Assembly (NCBI GenBank): GCA_023515725.1
Contig: JALDTO010000206.1
Location: 268,189 to 332,188 of the forward strand
DNA: 64,000 bases
Reading direction: 5' to 3'
Source of the DNA: Amoeboaphelidium protococcarum X5
Taxonomy: Eukaryota; Fungi; Aphelidiomycota
The position numbers and the translations under genes were made by a program. Position 1 is the first letter of the stretch, and the number at the start of each line of letters is the position of its first letter. This document shows, in pieces, positions 39,345-50,580 of the stretch. A model generated the notes under the pieces. It ran no database searches, was not told the DNA's origin, and saw only the letters and a list, made by a program, of their open reading frames with translations.

Positions 39345-39614
39345 TAATCCAGTCTAAATGTATGGGCATTTGCAATTTAATTTTTCATCTCGTCCCTCAG
39401 CATTTTCACTTACGAGTCTAAAGCTTAAGAGTACGAGCGCCCTCTCCCTTTCTGTCTGTCTTACGCTCTCTTCTCTTCTCATTGCTGTTCTCTTAGTGTT
39501 AGTTTCTCTTTCCTTCTAGGTGTCATCTATAATATACTTTTTTTTAAGTGTTGCAGATTATAACATCAAGTTGTCAATATTTTGACTTTATTATTATCCC
39601 AGACTACAGTATAT

Positions 39615-41210
39615 ATGTTAAAATCTGGCTTGAGATTGTCAACTCGGACTCCGCTAAAGGGACGCAGTATTGCACCTTGTTATGTATCTTATAGTCGTTA
39701 CAATTATGGCCTAGTCTTTGGTAATAAAGCACGTACTGTGCGCATGGGCGGAAATATGTTCTACTCAACTGCTAGTGGTGGTGCAGCGAATAATGTGGTT
39801 CAGTTCAACTTGGCCGACATTGGTGAAGGTATTACAGAGTGTGAACTTGTGCAGTGGTATGTGAAGACTGGCTCCAAGATTCAGCAGTTTGACAAGATTT
39901 GTGAGGTGCAGTCAGATAAGGCTACAGTTGAAATTACCTCTCGCTATGATGGTACTGTCTCCAAGTTGTACTATGAGAAGGGATAGATGGCTAAAGTTGG
40001 ATCTCCGCTGGTTGATATTTAGCTGGAGGGAAGTAGTACTAGTAGTAGTAGTTCCGAGGTTGGACAGTAAGCGTCATCTTAATAGTAATAGTAAGAGAAG
40101 GTTGGAGTTGAACCGCATGTAAAGGATGCTGCAGTCAGTTAGAAGGTGAAGGCGGCATCTGCTGAATAACAATCAAATGATCAACGTGTATATAAGGCTG
40201 GTACTATGAATGAGAACGTTCTTGCTACTCCTGCAGTTAGACGAATGGCCAAGGAGATGAAGATTGATTTGAATTCTGTCAAAGGCACCGGAAGGGATGG
40301 TCGCATAACTAAAGAGGATTTACTGTCTTATTCTCCTGGTGCTGATTAAGATACTTTGACGTCCACTTAATCTACTCCTTAACAATAGTAGCAATCCAAC
40401 TAATCTTCGTTTTAATCAGGCGGAAGCACAAAGTAGATTGGGTAATAGACTACAACTACTCCACATGTTGTAAAGCTGACTGGCGTTCAAAAGGCAATGC
40501 TGAAGGGAATGTCTCAATCATTGCGTATCCCTCACTTTGGATTCAGTGATGAAGTAGAATTTGATTAGTTGTCAGCATTGCGGGCTGGTATTAATAAGGA
40601 TCTTGCATAAAACTAGAATCCTTCTGTTGGTTTAGCAAAGATTTCATTTATGCCTTTGCTATTGAAATCCTTCTCTGTTGCCCTGTAGCGATATCCTCTA
40701 CTAAATGCTAAATTGTAATTATCTGATCAGGAGGATCCTAATGCTGCATCATTGCTGTACCGCCCGTCTCATAATATTGGTGTCGCTATTGATTCACCGG
40801 GAGGCTTGGTGGTGCCAAACATTAAGGCTGTTGATTAAAAATCGATCCTGGAGATTGCACTTGACTTGCAAAGACTTGTAGATTTGGCCAAAAAGGGTCA
40901 ATTGCCACCAGATGCTTTCAAAGATACCACGATCACCATGAGCAATATTGGTAACATTGGAGGCAGAGTGCTGAGTCCAGTCATTCCTCCTGATACCTTG
41001 TGCATCGTGGCCATTGGTAGAATATAATCACTTCCCAGATTTGTGAATAATGGCGATGAAAATAGCCTAGTGGTGACTAAAAAGCAGATCGTGACTGCAA
41101 GTTTCAGTGCTGATCACAGAGTCGTGGATGGAGCCACAGTGGCCAAATTCTTTGCCGAATGGAAGTCTCTGATTGAAGATCCAGCTAGAATGCTAATGAA
41201 CTTGAGATGA
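39615..41210 (+). CDS. DBT: Branched-chain 2-oxo-acid dehydrogenase E2 (531 aa)
   Basis: Mitochondrial presequence; [17 protein letters not shown] lipoyl site, [17 protein letters not shown]. Confidence 0.94.
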
Positions 41211-41314
41211 ATATAAAAAGAAGCTGGTAACTTCTGTCTCTTAAATCTTTTCTTTATTAAAATGTATATTGATATTCAATTATCATCTTGGAACCCCTAG
41301 TTCATTAAGGAAAT

Positions 41315-43489
41315 TCATGCAACGTCTTCTAGAGACAATTCTGCAAACATTTCATTGCGTGCTTGAGTGTTATCCGGGAGTGACACGTTGGCGCCCAGTT
41401 CACAATTGATCAAGTTACATCCTTTGCCAATGCGCACCCCTTCTCCTACAATGCAACCTTCTAACTTGACATCTTGCTCAATGGTGACATAATTGAATAT
41501 TATCGAAGAGTTGATCTTGGACTTGGTGCCTATCGATACATGGCTACCAACGATGGACTTTTTGACTATTGCTTTGGCCTAGATGTTTTGCAAACTAGAC
41601 GGCTCCACCATGGAGTCTGGAGAGATGATAGCCACACCGCCTTGATTTCCTCCTCCACCGCCACTGCCTGCCTGTTACACGTTTGCGGTATTACCACCAG
41701 CAGACGGGGCACGTTTCTCTGCGTGCTTAATTCTAGCCAGATGTCGATTCAGCTCAATGAATGACTGTAAATCATTAGCACGCACGCAATATGTTGGCTA
41801 TGACCACGAAGAGGCAGAGTCGATAAAAGAAGCTTCCATAAAACTCTGATCGGTCGATCCTTTCTGCTGACTACCAGTCGCTAATAGCGTGTAGAGCTAG
41901 GTTGTAATATTGGACAAGGATTAACCGAATCTATTCATCACCAAAGTGCAACCTAATACTCTGATGGTGGAGTACTTTTAAAGCATCTTTGCCGCTTCTT
42001 ACAGTCCCATCTCTGCCGACTCTTTCTGAAACTGTTGCAAATCAAGAACATCAGACACAGAGTTCTAACCTTCTTCATTATCTACGGCACCAACATCTGC
42101 AGTGTGCATTCGACTACCACCACGTGAATAAGACGATGCATCTTTACTACGACAGTCTATCGTCAAACCGGAAATACCGGAGAACTCATCAACTGCACTG
42201 TACATGGCAATATCGGCACCATCTCTACCACTAATAACTGATTACTCCATAGAGCTATCATTATTGTTTAGATTATTATGATCGCCGCTGCTACCATTAG
42301 TAATACAGGTCAAGGAACTGCTATTATTGCATAGAATCAGCGGATTTTCCAAAGAGTCCCATAAGATAGGAGCTTTGGACGCAATCTAACTGGTAGATGC
42401 AGATAAACATAATCCTCTAGACTGCAATACCAGCTGGTCAACCTGTTCGCTCTTCATAAAAGCCTTCTGAGCACAACATCTCACTAAATACGGTGGTAGA
42501 TCCTCGCGGAGACTGACAATCTCCTCCTTCTTCAACATTAATAGATCCATTATCCATCCCTTGCAAAAGTAAACGTGCATATCCTGTAGCGATGCATACA
42601 GATTTAGAATACCATCAGATTGTAGCGCTGCATTATTACTCCATGAAGAAATGAGTGATCTTCTCAAAGTCAAATAACTCTCATCCTCCAGATCATCTTC
42701 AGACATGAAATACTTGATCTACTTGTTCCATCTATCCATGCCAATATAGAGCACAGTGTCATCACCTTCAGCCCGTGTGGATGGAGATCTGATCAATCGC
42801 TGCTGCAGATCATCACCGTCATCATTACCGTTCTGTTGAGCAGATGATGATTACGCAGATTAAGCACTACCTGGTGTGAAAGTCGACGACATATTACCCC
42901 CGCCTTGACCGGTATTCTAAGCGCTATCAAAAGATGGTTACTCTGACAGTAATACACAGAAATCTGCATCTTCCACCAGAGCATAGTTCATGAACGAAGA
43001 CAGCGGGTAATCAGTCACAATGTCGCACGGTATGATGACAAAGTCTCCCTTGATCCTATCCTTGACATGCCTGATAGCATCTGCAGTACCATACGCATAA
43101 GGAACTGGCACGGTGCTCACCTTCATACTCGTAGACAACTGCGAAGGTGCCAGCTGAGAAGTGGAAGGAGCCGGCATAGAACGCGTTGAAGGTGTCATTG
43201 GGCTGGGGACATTGCTCGTCACCGTGTTCTATGTGGCACCACTGCCCGGAGCATCGTAATAAACCTTGGTCACGTAATTCTAAATCTTTTCCAATACGCC
43301 GCTGTTATTATTGTCATGCACCAGAATAATACAATCAGTGATGCCGGAAGCCTCGATCCAGTTGAGGACATGAGATATCATTGGGGCATTCGCTATAGGC
43401 AGCAGCGGTTTAGGTGTAACTTTTGACGACAATGGATACAATAAATGACCCTGACCAGCCAGAACTATAGCCTAAGTTTTGACCGTCAT
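41315..43489 (-). CDS. GCD1: eIF2B gamma subunit (724 aa, long low-complexity insertions)
   Basis: QAIVLAG...LYPL...PKPLLPIANAPMI, GTADAIR, DFVIIPCD, LQDMHVY, C-terminal left-handed beta-helix repeats. Confidence 0.87.
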
Positions 43490-43717
43490 ATTATCAAAAG
43501 GTGGATATGTGTTAATACGACAGCTCCGAAAAATAAGCGACTTCAATAAAAGATCAAAAGGATTTACAGCGAATGAGAAGAAGAGATTTAACTGTAATGC
43601 TATTACGGTAAGCTTTGACCGTGTAAATTATTGATTTTAAAGCATTATTTCGCATACAAGATATCTCTGCAATTCCAAAAATTGAGCATTAATTTAAAAT
43701 TATACAATATAGCTATT

Positions 43718-45068
43718 TCATGGTTTAGAACTGGTGGTGGAAGCATCACGTTTCCTCTTCTACTTGACTTCAAACTCATGCAAATCTTCATCTGGTTTAG
43801 GCAGTCTACAAACACAAACATTATGATACTGTTGTAAAGAGCGGCGATATAGTTACGAAGCAGTTAAGACATGAAAACTTACTCTGATAATAGGCATGGT
43901 AGAGGCTCTGAAGTGAAATATTCAGACTGCAGAGCATTCGCGGCACTTATTCTCTCTTTGGGGAGGTAGCGAAGCATGGATAGAATAAGATCTGCGGCGC
44001 TTTGGTCGATAATTTTAGTTTCCACAAAGAGCTGATGAAACTTTGTGGTATACGTTTACTGTGGAGACACCAAATAATACCAAGGTAGGGACTTGAAGTA
44101 TACATGCGCATCAGCATCTGGAGATCCGAGAGCTTTATACAGGACTTCAAGCTGATCAATGTCGTCCGATCCTTGGAATGGTTACTTGCCCAGGTACAAC
44201 TCAAGTAGCAGAGTGCCCGCACCAAACATGTCCACGCTGCTATCATATTCAACTGCACCAAGCAAGAGTTCCGGTGGCCTATACCATAATGTGATCACGC
44301 GATTCGTGTAGCCAACGGGACTCTATAACACTACGCCATCCGCATCTTCAGCATCTCGCCGTGGTAGACCATATCTATTAGTGACTCGCGCCAGACCAAA
44401 ATCCGCCAACTTTACAATTCCCTCATGATCAATTAGGATGTTTGAACTTTTAATATCTCTATGTAATATCCCTTATGCGTGCAGGTATTCCAATCCAGAG
44501 AGTATCTACTTCATTGTGCACTTGATCTGAGGCACTGAAAACTTTATCCCCGATCCTTACAACAATCCAGTAAGATCGTATTTCATATAATCAATTACCA
44601 TAAACACACCATCTACAATTCTCATAATGTCAAAATGCGTATATAATTTATTCTCAGTCGCGTATTAATTTACCTCTAGAGCTAAGCATCTCTCGGAGCG
44701 ATAAAATGTTGGGATGATCAAACTTTTACAGCAGTTTAATCTCTCGCATTGCAGTCACTGGGAACTACATGTATATTAGCCATAGAATACAATTACAGTT
44801 ATCGACAACGCAACTCTGATTATCTTACACCTTCTTTCTCAGTCTCGAGGCGAATCCTTTTCAATGCAACATATTGTCCATCACGATCCTTAGCTTTGTA
44901 AACTTTCCTACAGACACGCCGCAATCACCACTCACCAAATCAAGAAATGTTATCATAACTGCAATGATAATACAGAATATCTTACCCATAAGTGCCTTCG
45001 CCTACCTGGGCGACGCGTTCATACAGAGGAGCTTGAGGTACTTCGGTGGAATCAATCTGAGTGCTCAT
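43718..45068 (-). CDS. CTK1: CTD kinase, CTK1/CDK12-like; four introns
   Basis: VGEGTYGKVYKA, EKEG|[47 protein letters not shown]. Confidence 0.88.
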
Positions 45069-45167
45069 TCTAAACGCGTCGTCTTAGCTTTGCTTAGAGG
45101 GAAAACTACGAAGAGCTCTTCTTTCTCTCATGTTACACGCACTAAGAATTCTTGGAAAATCATAGTT

Positions 45168-46123
45168 ATGCTCTAGTTTATTCAATAATGCAGATTTGAA
45201 CATTTTCTCCCTCTACTCTGGTTCCTGGAAAGTGTAATGCAAGACGAAAAGCAGTTTTTAGAGAAGAGTATGCCTTTGGATGGTGATTCTGGTGTCATTG
45301 GATCCCTCATAGCAGACATGATCTGGCTCCGTTTCAGGCGACGATCCATCACTTATTGTAAGTACTTTGATCACAATCTGGCATTAATTTTGTCATAAAA
45401 ATCGATATGTGTAGAAAAGATGCGATAATTTGACGTGATTCAACTCACTGAGAGTACCGAGTTACCGATTGAAGTCTTTTAGAAGCTTAAAGCTGTTTTG
45501 TAATCTCATGGTATTGTCTCTTGTACATCCTAACCAGTTGAATAATTTCTCAAGTATGCTTGACTTATATCTGTCGATATGTTAGCTTGTGAAAGTTCAT
45601 AAGTGAAAATGAAATGTGTAGAATCTCTGAATGGTCTCATCTGTAATCTATGGATCGAAATCTTGTCCATCAAGTATGTTGTACCGATTATAACTTGGGT
45701 ATGAGTATGATTACTAGTCTATCTTAAGGTAATGTTTTGGCGATTAACGTATGTCAGGCGATTTACAAAGCCGACGCGTAGAGGCCGTTTCACTCTGTTG
45801 AGTGCAATAGCGATCGCGCGTTGATCTCGTTATTGGACGCTTTGGTGACTAACTAAGTGGATCTTAGTGCATACACAATCCTAGTTATTGCAGGAATCTC
45901 GAGACTAGTAAATTCTAAACAGTAGTATCAATAAGTCAAGAGTGAAAGGAGATAATCTCATTTCTCTGCAACTAATGGGGAATCGTCGTCAATACTTACT
46001 CAAGTGGTGGAAAGTTGTCGCAGATTGTAAGCACTTACAAACGCGCATTGTATACTATTAGATACATCAATACTACAGCACTCAATGATATAGCAGATTC
46101 AAATAGAATTGCATAAGAATTGA
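45168..46123 (+). CDS. Hypothetical multi-exon protein
   Basis: Coding-like open segments separated by GTAAGT/GTATG...AG introns; last exon about 135 codons ending at TGA 46121. Exon structure not fully resolved. Confidence 0.4.
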
Positions 46124-46337
46124 AAATAGTCACATTCAGCTAATCGTCGTTTCTCTTTACCACGACGAATCAAAAGTCACATGACTTGCGCGTCACCCAA
46201 TCCGCTGCGCCCAAAATGATCTCCGTGGTTCATTTGATCATGCTTTATTTCGTTCACGTAATCGATCCATCTTTTTTCTGTATCTAGCTCTTTTTCAATC
46301 AAAAATCGTGATTAATCAGAAATAGTATTTAATTATC

Positions 46338-47498
46338 ATGTCTGCTAGTAGAAAAGAAAGCATTGAAGATGGATTGCCACTGTATGAGGCGGTAATCAAT
46401 AAGGCCGATTCTCCGCAGAAGCTGTATGGTCCATTAGGGTCCTCCGAGAGTGATAAATCTGGCCGATATTTTAAACTGGACAATGGCGATGAGGATCAGT
46501 GGTTTAGCAAATAGTCCAAGACGCGTTCATCATCGTCTAAAGTGCTGACTATCATTGGACTGTCTGCTGCTCTGCTATCCGGTGTAATTCTGGCAGTCTG
46601 CATTTTCGGCATTGGCATTGATCAGATTGCATCAGATGTGTATCCTTCTTCATCAAACGAAGCACTGGCTAGCTTTAGATCATCCGACTGGTATGATGCT
46701 AGTCTTTTTAAGACTTAGAAAGAGGCATCTTCTCAATTTGGCCCTATCCCATTGTTTGCTTCTACTCCCTCTGATCATCATCAATAGGAGAAAGCTGATG
46801 GTAAGCAAAGAGAGCCATCTGACAAGCCAGCTCCTGCACCTTAAAGCGATGTTGACTCGTCTGTTTATAAGGAGCGCCTTAACTCCATGTGCGGTGGCTC
46901 ATCTGCATAGGAAGCGGATAATGTCGACTTTCGTGATGATCCATTTGGAATCTTCAAAGAGATAATGAACAACATGTCGCCAATGGGACTCGCCGGTGTT
47001 GCGAAAGTTGAAATTGAAGAGTGTCAGATTATGGACAATATTCCGGGTATCTAGGAGCCAATGAGATGCTGTCACGCGTCATTGTTGGATGGACCGTAGT
47101 TGAAGAAGACGGCTAACGATGGTCCAGTCATTTGGACTTGCCATGCTAGCGATTTGACCGGCCATTTGAAGAATTAGGTGAGGGCTGCCAGTGCTGAGCG
47201 TTCTGATATTAATGATTCTCTTCCGGATTTGGACAACTTATTCAGTAGCATTTTCGGTGGACAACCACTCGCAGGTCACGTTACCGTACTTGATGGCACT
47301 GATCAGGCGATTGATGCTGGTGGAATTAAATTGCAACCTGGAATGAATTATCACATGAAGCCTTTGCCTAATGCTGATTCCTCGTCTCCGTAGGTGCTGG
47401 ATCCTCTGAACGACCTTCTTGGCCAGATATTTGGCGACTCCTTCTCTCTGACTCCTGACAACTTTGGCATCCATCTGGGACCTGTTCTCAACATTTGA
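46338..47498 (+). CDS. Single-pass membrane protein of unknown function (386 aa)
   Basis: Open frame; N-terminal LPLY motif; TM VLTIIGLSAALLSGVILAVCIFGIGI. Confidence 0.75.
47436..47498 (+). repeat. Direct repeat, left copy (core; weaker similarity spans about 47424-47530)
   Basis: 60/63 identical to 50491-50553. Confidence 0.95.
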
Positions 47499-47696
47499 AT
47501 AATAATCTTTTATTGAAATACATTTAGTCAATCCTTATTATTCCCGTGTCGCCTCTTATCTTTCACTTAACAAGCACCACCACTCTGATCCATAAGCCGT
47601 GCGTTAGCAGTTTCACATTAACAACGAACAACTCACCTCAGCCTCTCTTCATTCTTTCAAACATTTGATCGTTTCAGCATCAACAATCTGATAATA

Positions 47697-49331
47697 ATGT
47701 AGTCAGACGCGAGTCAACAGAGAGTATTGACAGTATCTGGAGTAAGTAATAAACTTTTGAAAAAAGGTTTGACACGTTTGCTTGGAGTCCATGGTATCAA
47801 AATCACTAATGATATTTTCAGCATCACGTAATTATGCAAGGATCCAAAATTTGCATACTCCTCCAACCAGTGGAGATCTCAAGCCTAGGATATACACGAG
47901 CTTGCAATGGATAAGTTTGGTTTAAAGAAAGACTTTATCAAGGACTATCCATACAAAACAACATGCGCTCGAGTTGAAGAATTGTATTTTATTTTACAAA
48001 AAGCGTGTCGTATGAACCTGCTTGAGAAGCAACTGTTGGAGTTAATAGCTGAGGATCCTCAACCTGTCGCCACCTCGTCTGCTGTTGTCGCGCCGCCTCT
48101 GTTTCAAGCTCAAACTGAAACGCGCGTCTTTTGGTTTCAGGCTGATAGCAATGTGGCCGATTTAATTGGTGGTCTAAATAACACAAAAGTGCTTGCTGTT
48201 CAAAAGTTCTTTGAAGGTCTGCCTCTTTTACTAAATGAATCCCAAGTTTAGCATTTATTGTCTGATACAGGGTTGACTTAACATCAGAAGCTGGTTGCTA
48301 ACTCTGATCTGAACACTCTAAAACAAGATCTGCATCGTCTCATCTCCGGTCGTAACGAATAATGTGAAGATCAAGTTTACGCTCATGTCAAGAAAACGCT
48401 TGAAATTGTCTTTGTTATTGCGGGTGTGTCTCAATACACCCAGTTTGCATGTAAACTCGTTGTCTGTCTCCTGGCAATATTTGACCAACCTCATGCCATC
48501 AAGTACTGCGCAAGATTCCTTCAAGCCTTCAAACTGGAGCCTTATCTGCTAAAAGCCTTTATCAATTAAGTTGGATTGATAGCGAAGGACTGCAGCGAAC
48601 ATCTGCGTAAACTTTTTGGCGAGTCAAGAACGTTCCTAACAGACTTGGTCTTAATCACAGCGTCCAACGCATGGTGGATTGACCCAACGTGGACATTGAT
48701 GCGCGCTATAGAACTATGGCATGCTGCAAATTTTTCTTCTCCAGGTAATCCTCAGCTGAGTTTATGCACATTAGCGTTGGTATGGATTTAGCAGAGTCCT
48801 GGATTGAGTGTGATGCAAATAAGCGATGTATTCTGCAGACAGCTAAAGTAAGAATTGTGCCACTGGCGCGCAACCATGTGCGATGAATAGTTCCAAATTC
48901 TGAAGAACTTGCTTGTCGTTAAATGGAAAGATGCAGACGAATTTGGTTTACTTTTAAGCAAGATTGTAGAACAAGAACCCAAAATAAGCTCCCGCTATTT
49001 ACTGTAGCCTCCTCGGCCTCAAAGAAGTTGTTCTATGTGCAGCGAGATGGCGAATCATTAGTGTGGGGATATTATCCGCTGTTGTAAGCATGCCTTTTTG
49101 GCGAAAGATGCCAAGTGCAAGCCATTCGAGGAACAACACATCTGTCTAATTAGTTGCGACGTGCTCGACTGTAATGACGTCGCCTAACATTGGCATGAAG
49201 TACAACAAAAGTTTCAATGTTGTGAGCATGCGGATGATCAGCCTCCGATGGACAAGAACCATACTTGTTCCTTGAACGATTCAACCGAAGACTCCATGAA
49301 CTCTATAACTAGCCGAACCTCGGCCAATTGA
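47697..49331 (+). CDS. Orphan 544-aa protein: helical core plus two C-terminal Cys/His (B-box-like) modules
   Basis: Intact 545-codon frame under TAR=Q; CSMC...HQC...CCKH...H and CDVLDC...HWH...CCEH...HTC. Confidence 0.75.
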
Positions 49332-49426
49332 AACTGCGAAAAAATAATGATCACTTGAATTTGGATTTTTATACTTCCTATTGTAATCAAATCTTTGACC
49401 GAATTATTTCCACATCTTATCTTGTT

Positions 49427-50363
49427 AAAAACAACAGTTCCTTTACCAGCGCTCCGAGAGTAGCTCTATTGAGCTGCACTAAACTTTAAAAATAGGAGAA
49501 TAGAGTGTTAAGACATATTATCCACCTGGAATATAATTACCGCTCTTACTCAAAGATCTCAGGGTGATCTGTTGTAATTACCGTTTTTAGCTCAAAACAC
49601 GGTAAAAACAACAGACCCATGTCAGCGCGCCGAGAGTAGCTCCTTTGAGCTGCAATAAAGTTCAGCAGTAAGCGAATAGAGTGCGTAAACATAATATACA
49701 CCTGAAATTGGGGAACCGCTCTCCCTCAAAGATCTCAGGGTGATCTGTTGAAAACTACCGGTTTTGATTGAGAACACGGTAAAAACAACAGATCTCATTT
49801 CAGAGTGCCAAGAGTGGTTGTACCGAGCTGCAAAAAAGTTCAGCAGTAAGCGAATAGAGTGTGTAAACATATTATCCACCTGAAATTGGGGAACCGCTTG
49901 TCCTCAAAGATCTCAGGGTGATCTGTTGAAAACTACCGGTTTTGACTGAGAACACGGTAAAAACAACAGATCTCATTTCAGAGTGCCAAGAGTGGTTGTA
50001 CCGAGCTGCAAAAAAGTTCAGCAGTAAGCGAATAGAGTGTGTAAACATATTATCCACCTGAAATTGGGGAACCGCTTGTCCTCAAAGATCTCAGGGTGAT
50101 CTGTTGAAAACTACCGGTTTTGACTGAGAACACGGTAAAAACAACAGACCCATGTCAGCGCGCCGAGAGTAGCTCCATTGAGCTGCAATAAAGTTCAGCA
50201 GTAAGCGAATAGAGTGCGTAAACATAATATACACCTGAAATTGGGGAACCGCTCTCCCTCAAAGATCTCAGGGTGATCTGTTGAAAACTACCGGTTTTGA
50301 CTGAGAACACGGTAAAAACAACAGATCCTTCACCAGCGCGCCGAGAGAACTCTATTGAGCTGC
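49427..50363. repeat. Tandem array of 5.3 x 177-178 bp units with internal inverted repeats
   Basis: AAAAACAACAG recurs at 49427, 49604, 49781, 49959, 50137 and 50314. Confidence 0.97.
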
Positions 50364-50490
50364 GTTTTATTGATGGTGGATATCGTTTTACCTCATTTTC
50401 AAGTTCATGGTGATGTGCTTATTGTCCCCGATAGGAAGTTGTTCGGATCATGAGAAATTCATGTTAGTTGCTGAGCGATCAGATATTAAA

Positions 50491-50553
50491 GATTCCTTCT
50501 CTCTGACTCCTGACAACTTTGGCATCCATCTGTGACCTGTTTTCAACATTTGA
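50491..50553 (+). repeat. Direct repeat, right copy (duplicate of the 3' end of gene 46338-47498)
   Basis: 60/63 identical to 47436-47498, including the TGA. Confidence 0.95.
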
Positions 50554-50580
50554 TTTAACAAAGTTTTGTTGAAAAACATT

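Noticed and set aside
45168-46123. RAD51-paralogue identity for the hypothetical gene
   Set aside because: Only a faint Walker-B-like resemblance (LVIAGIS) and no Walker A; not supportable
49427-50363. CRISPR array, hammerhead retrozyme, or the minus-strand 61-85 aa ORFs
   Set aside because: The units are long and the variable parts are mutually homologous. There are no cas genes and no CUGANGA/GAAA core on either strand. The ORFs are repeat artefacts.
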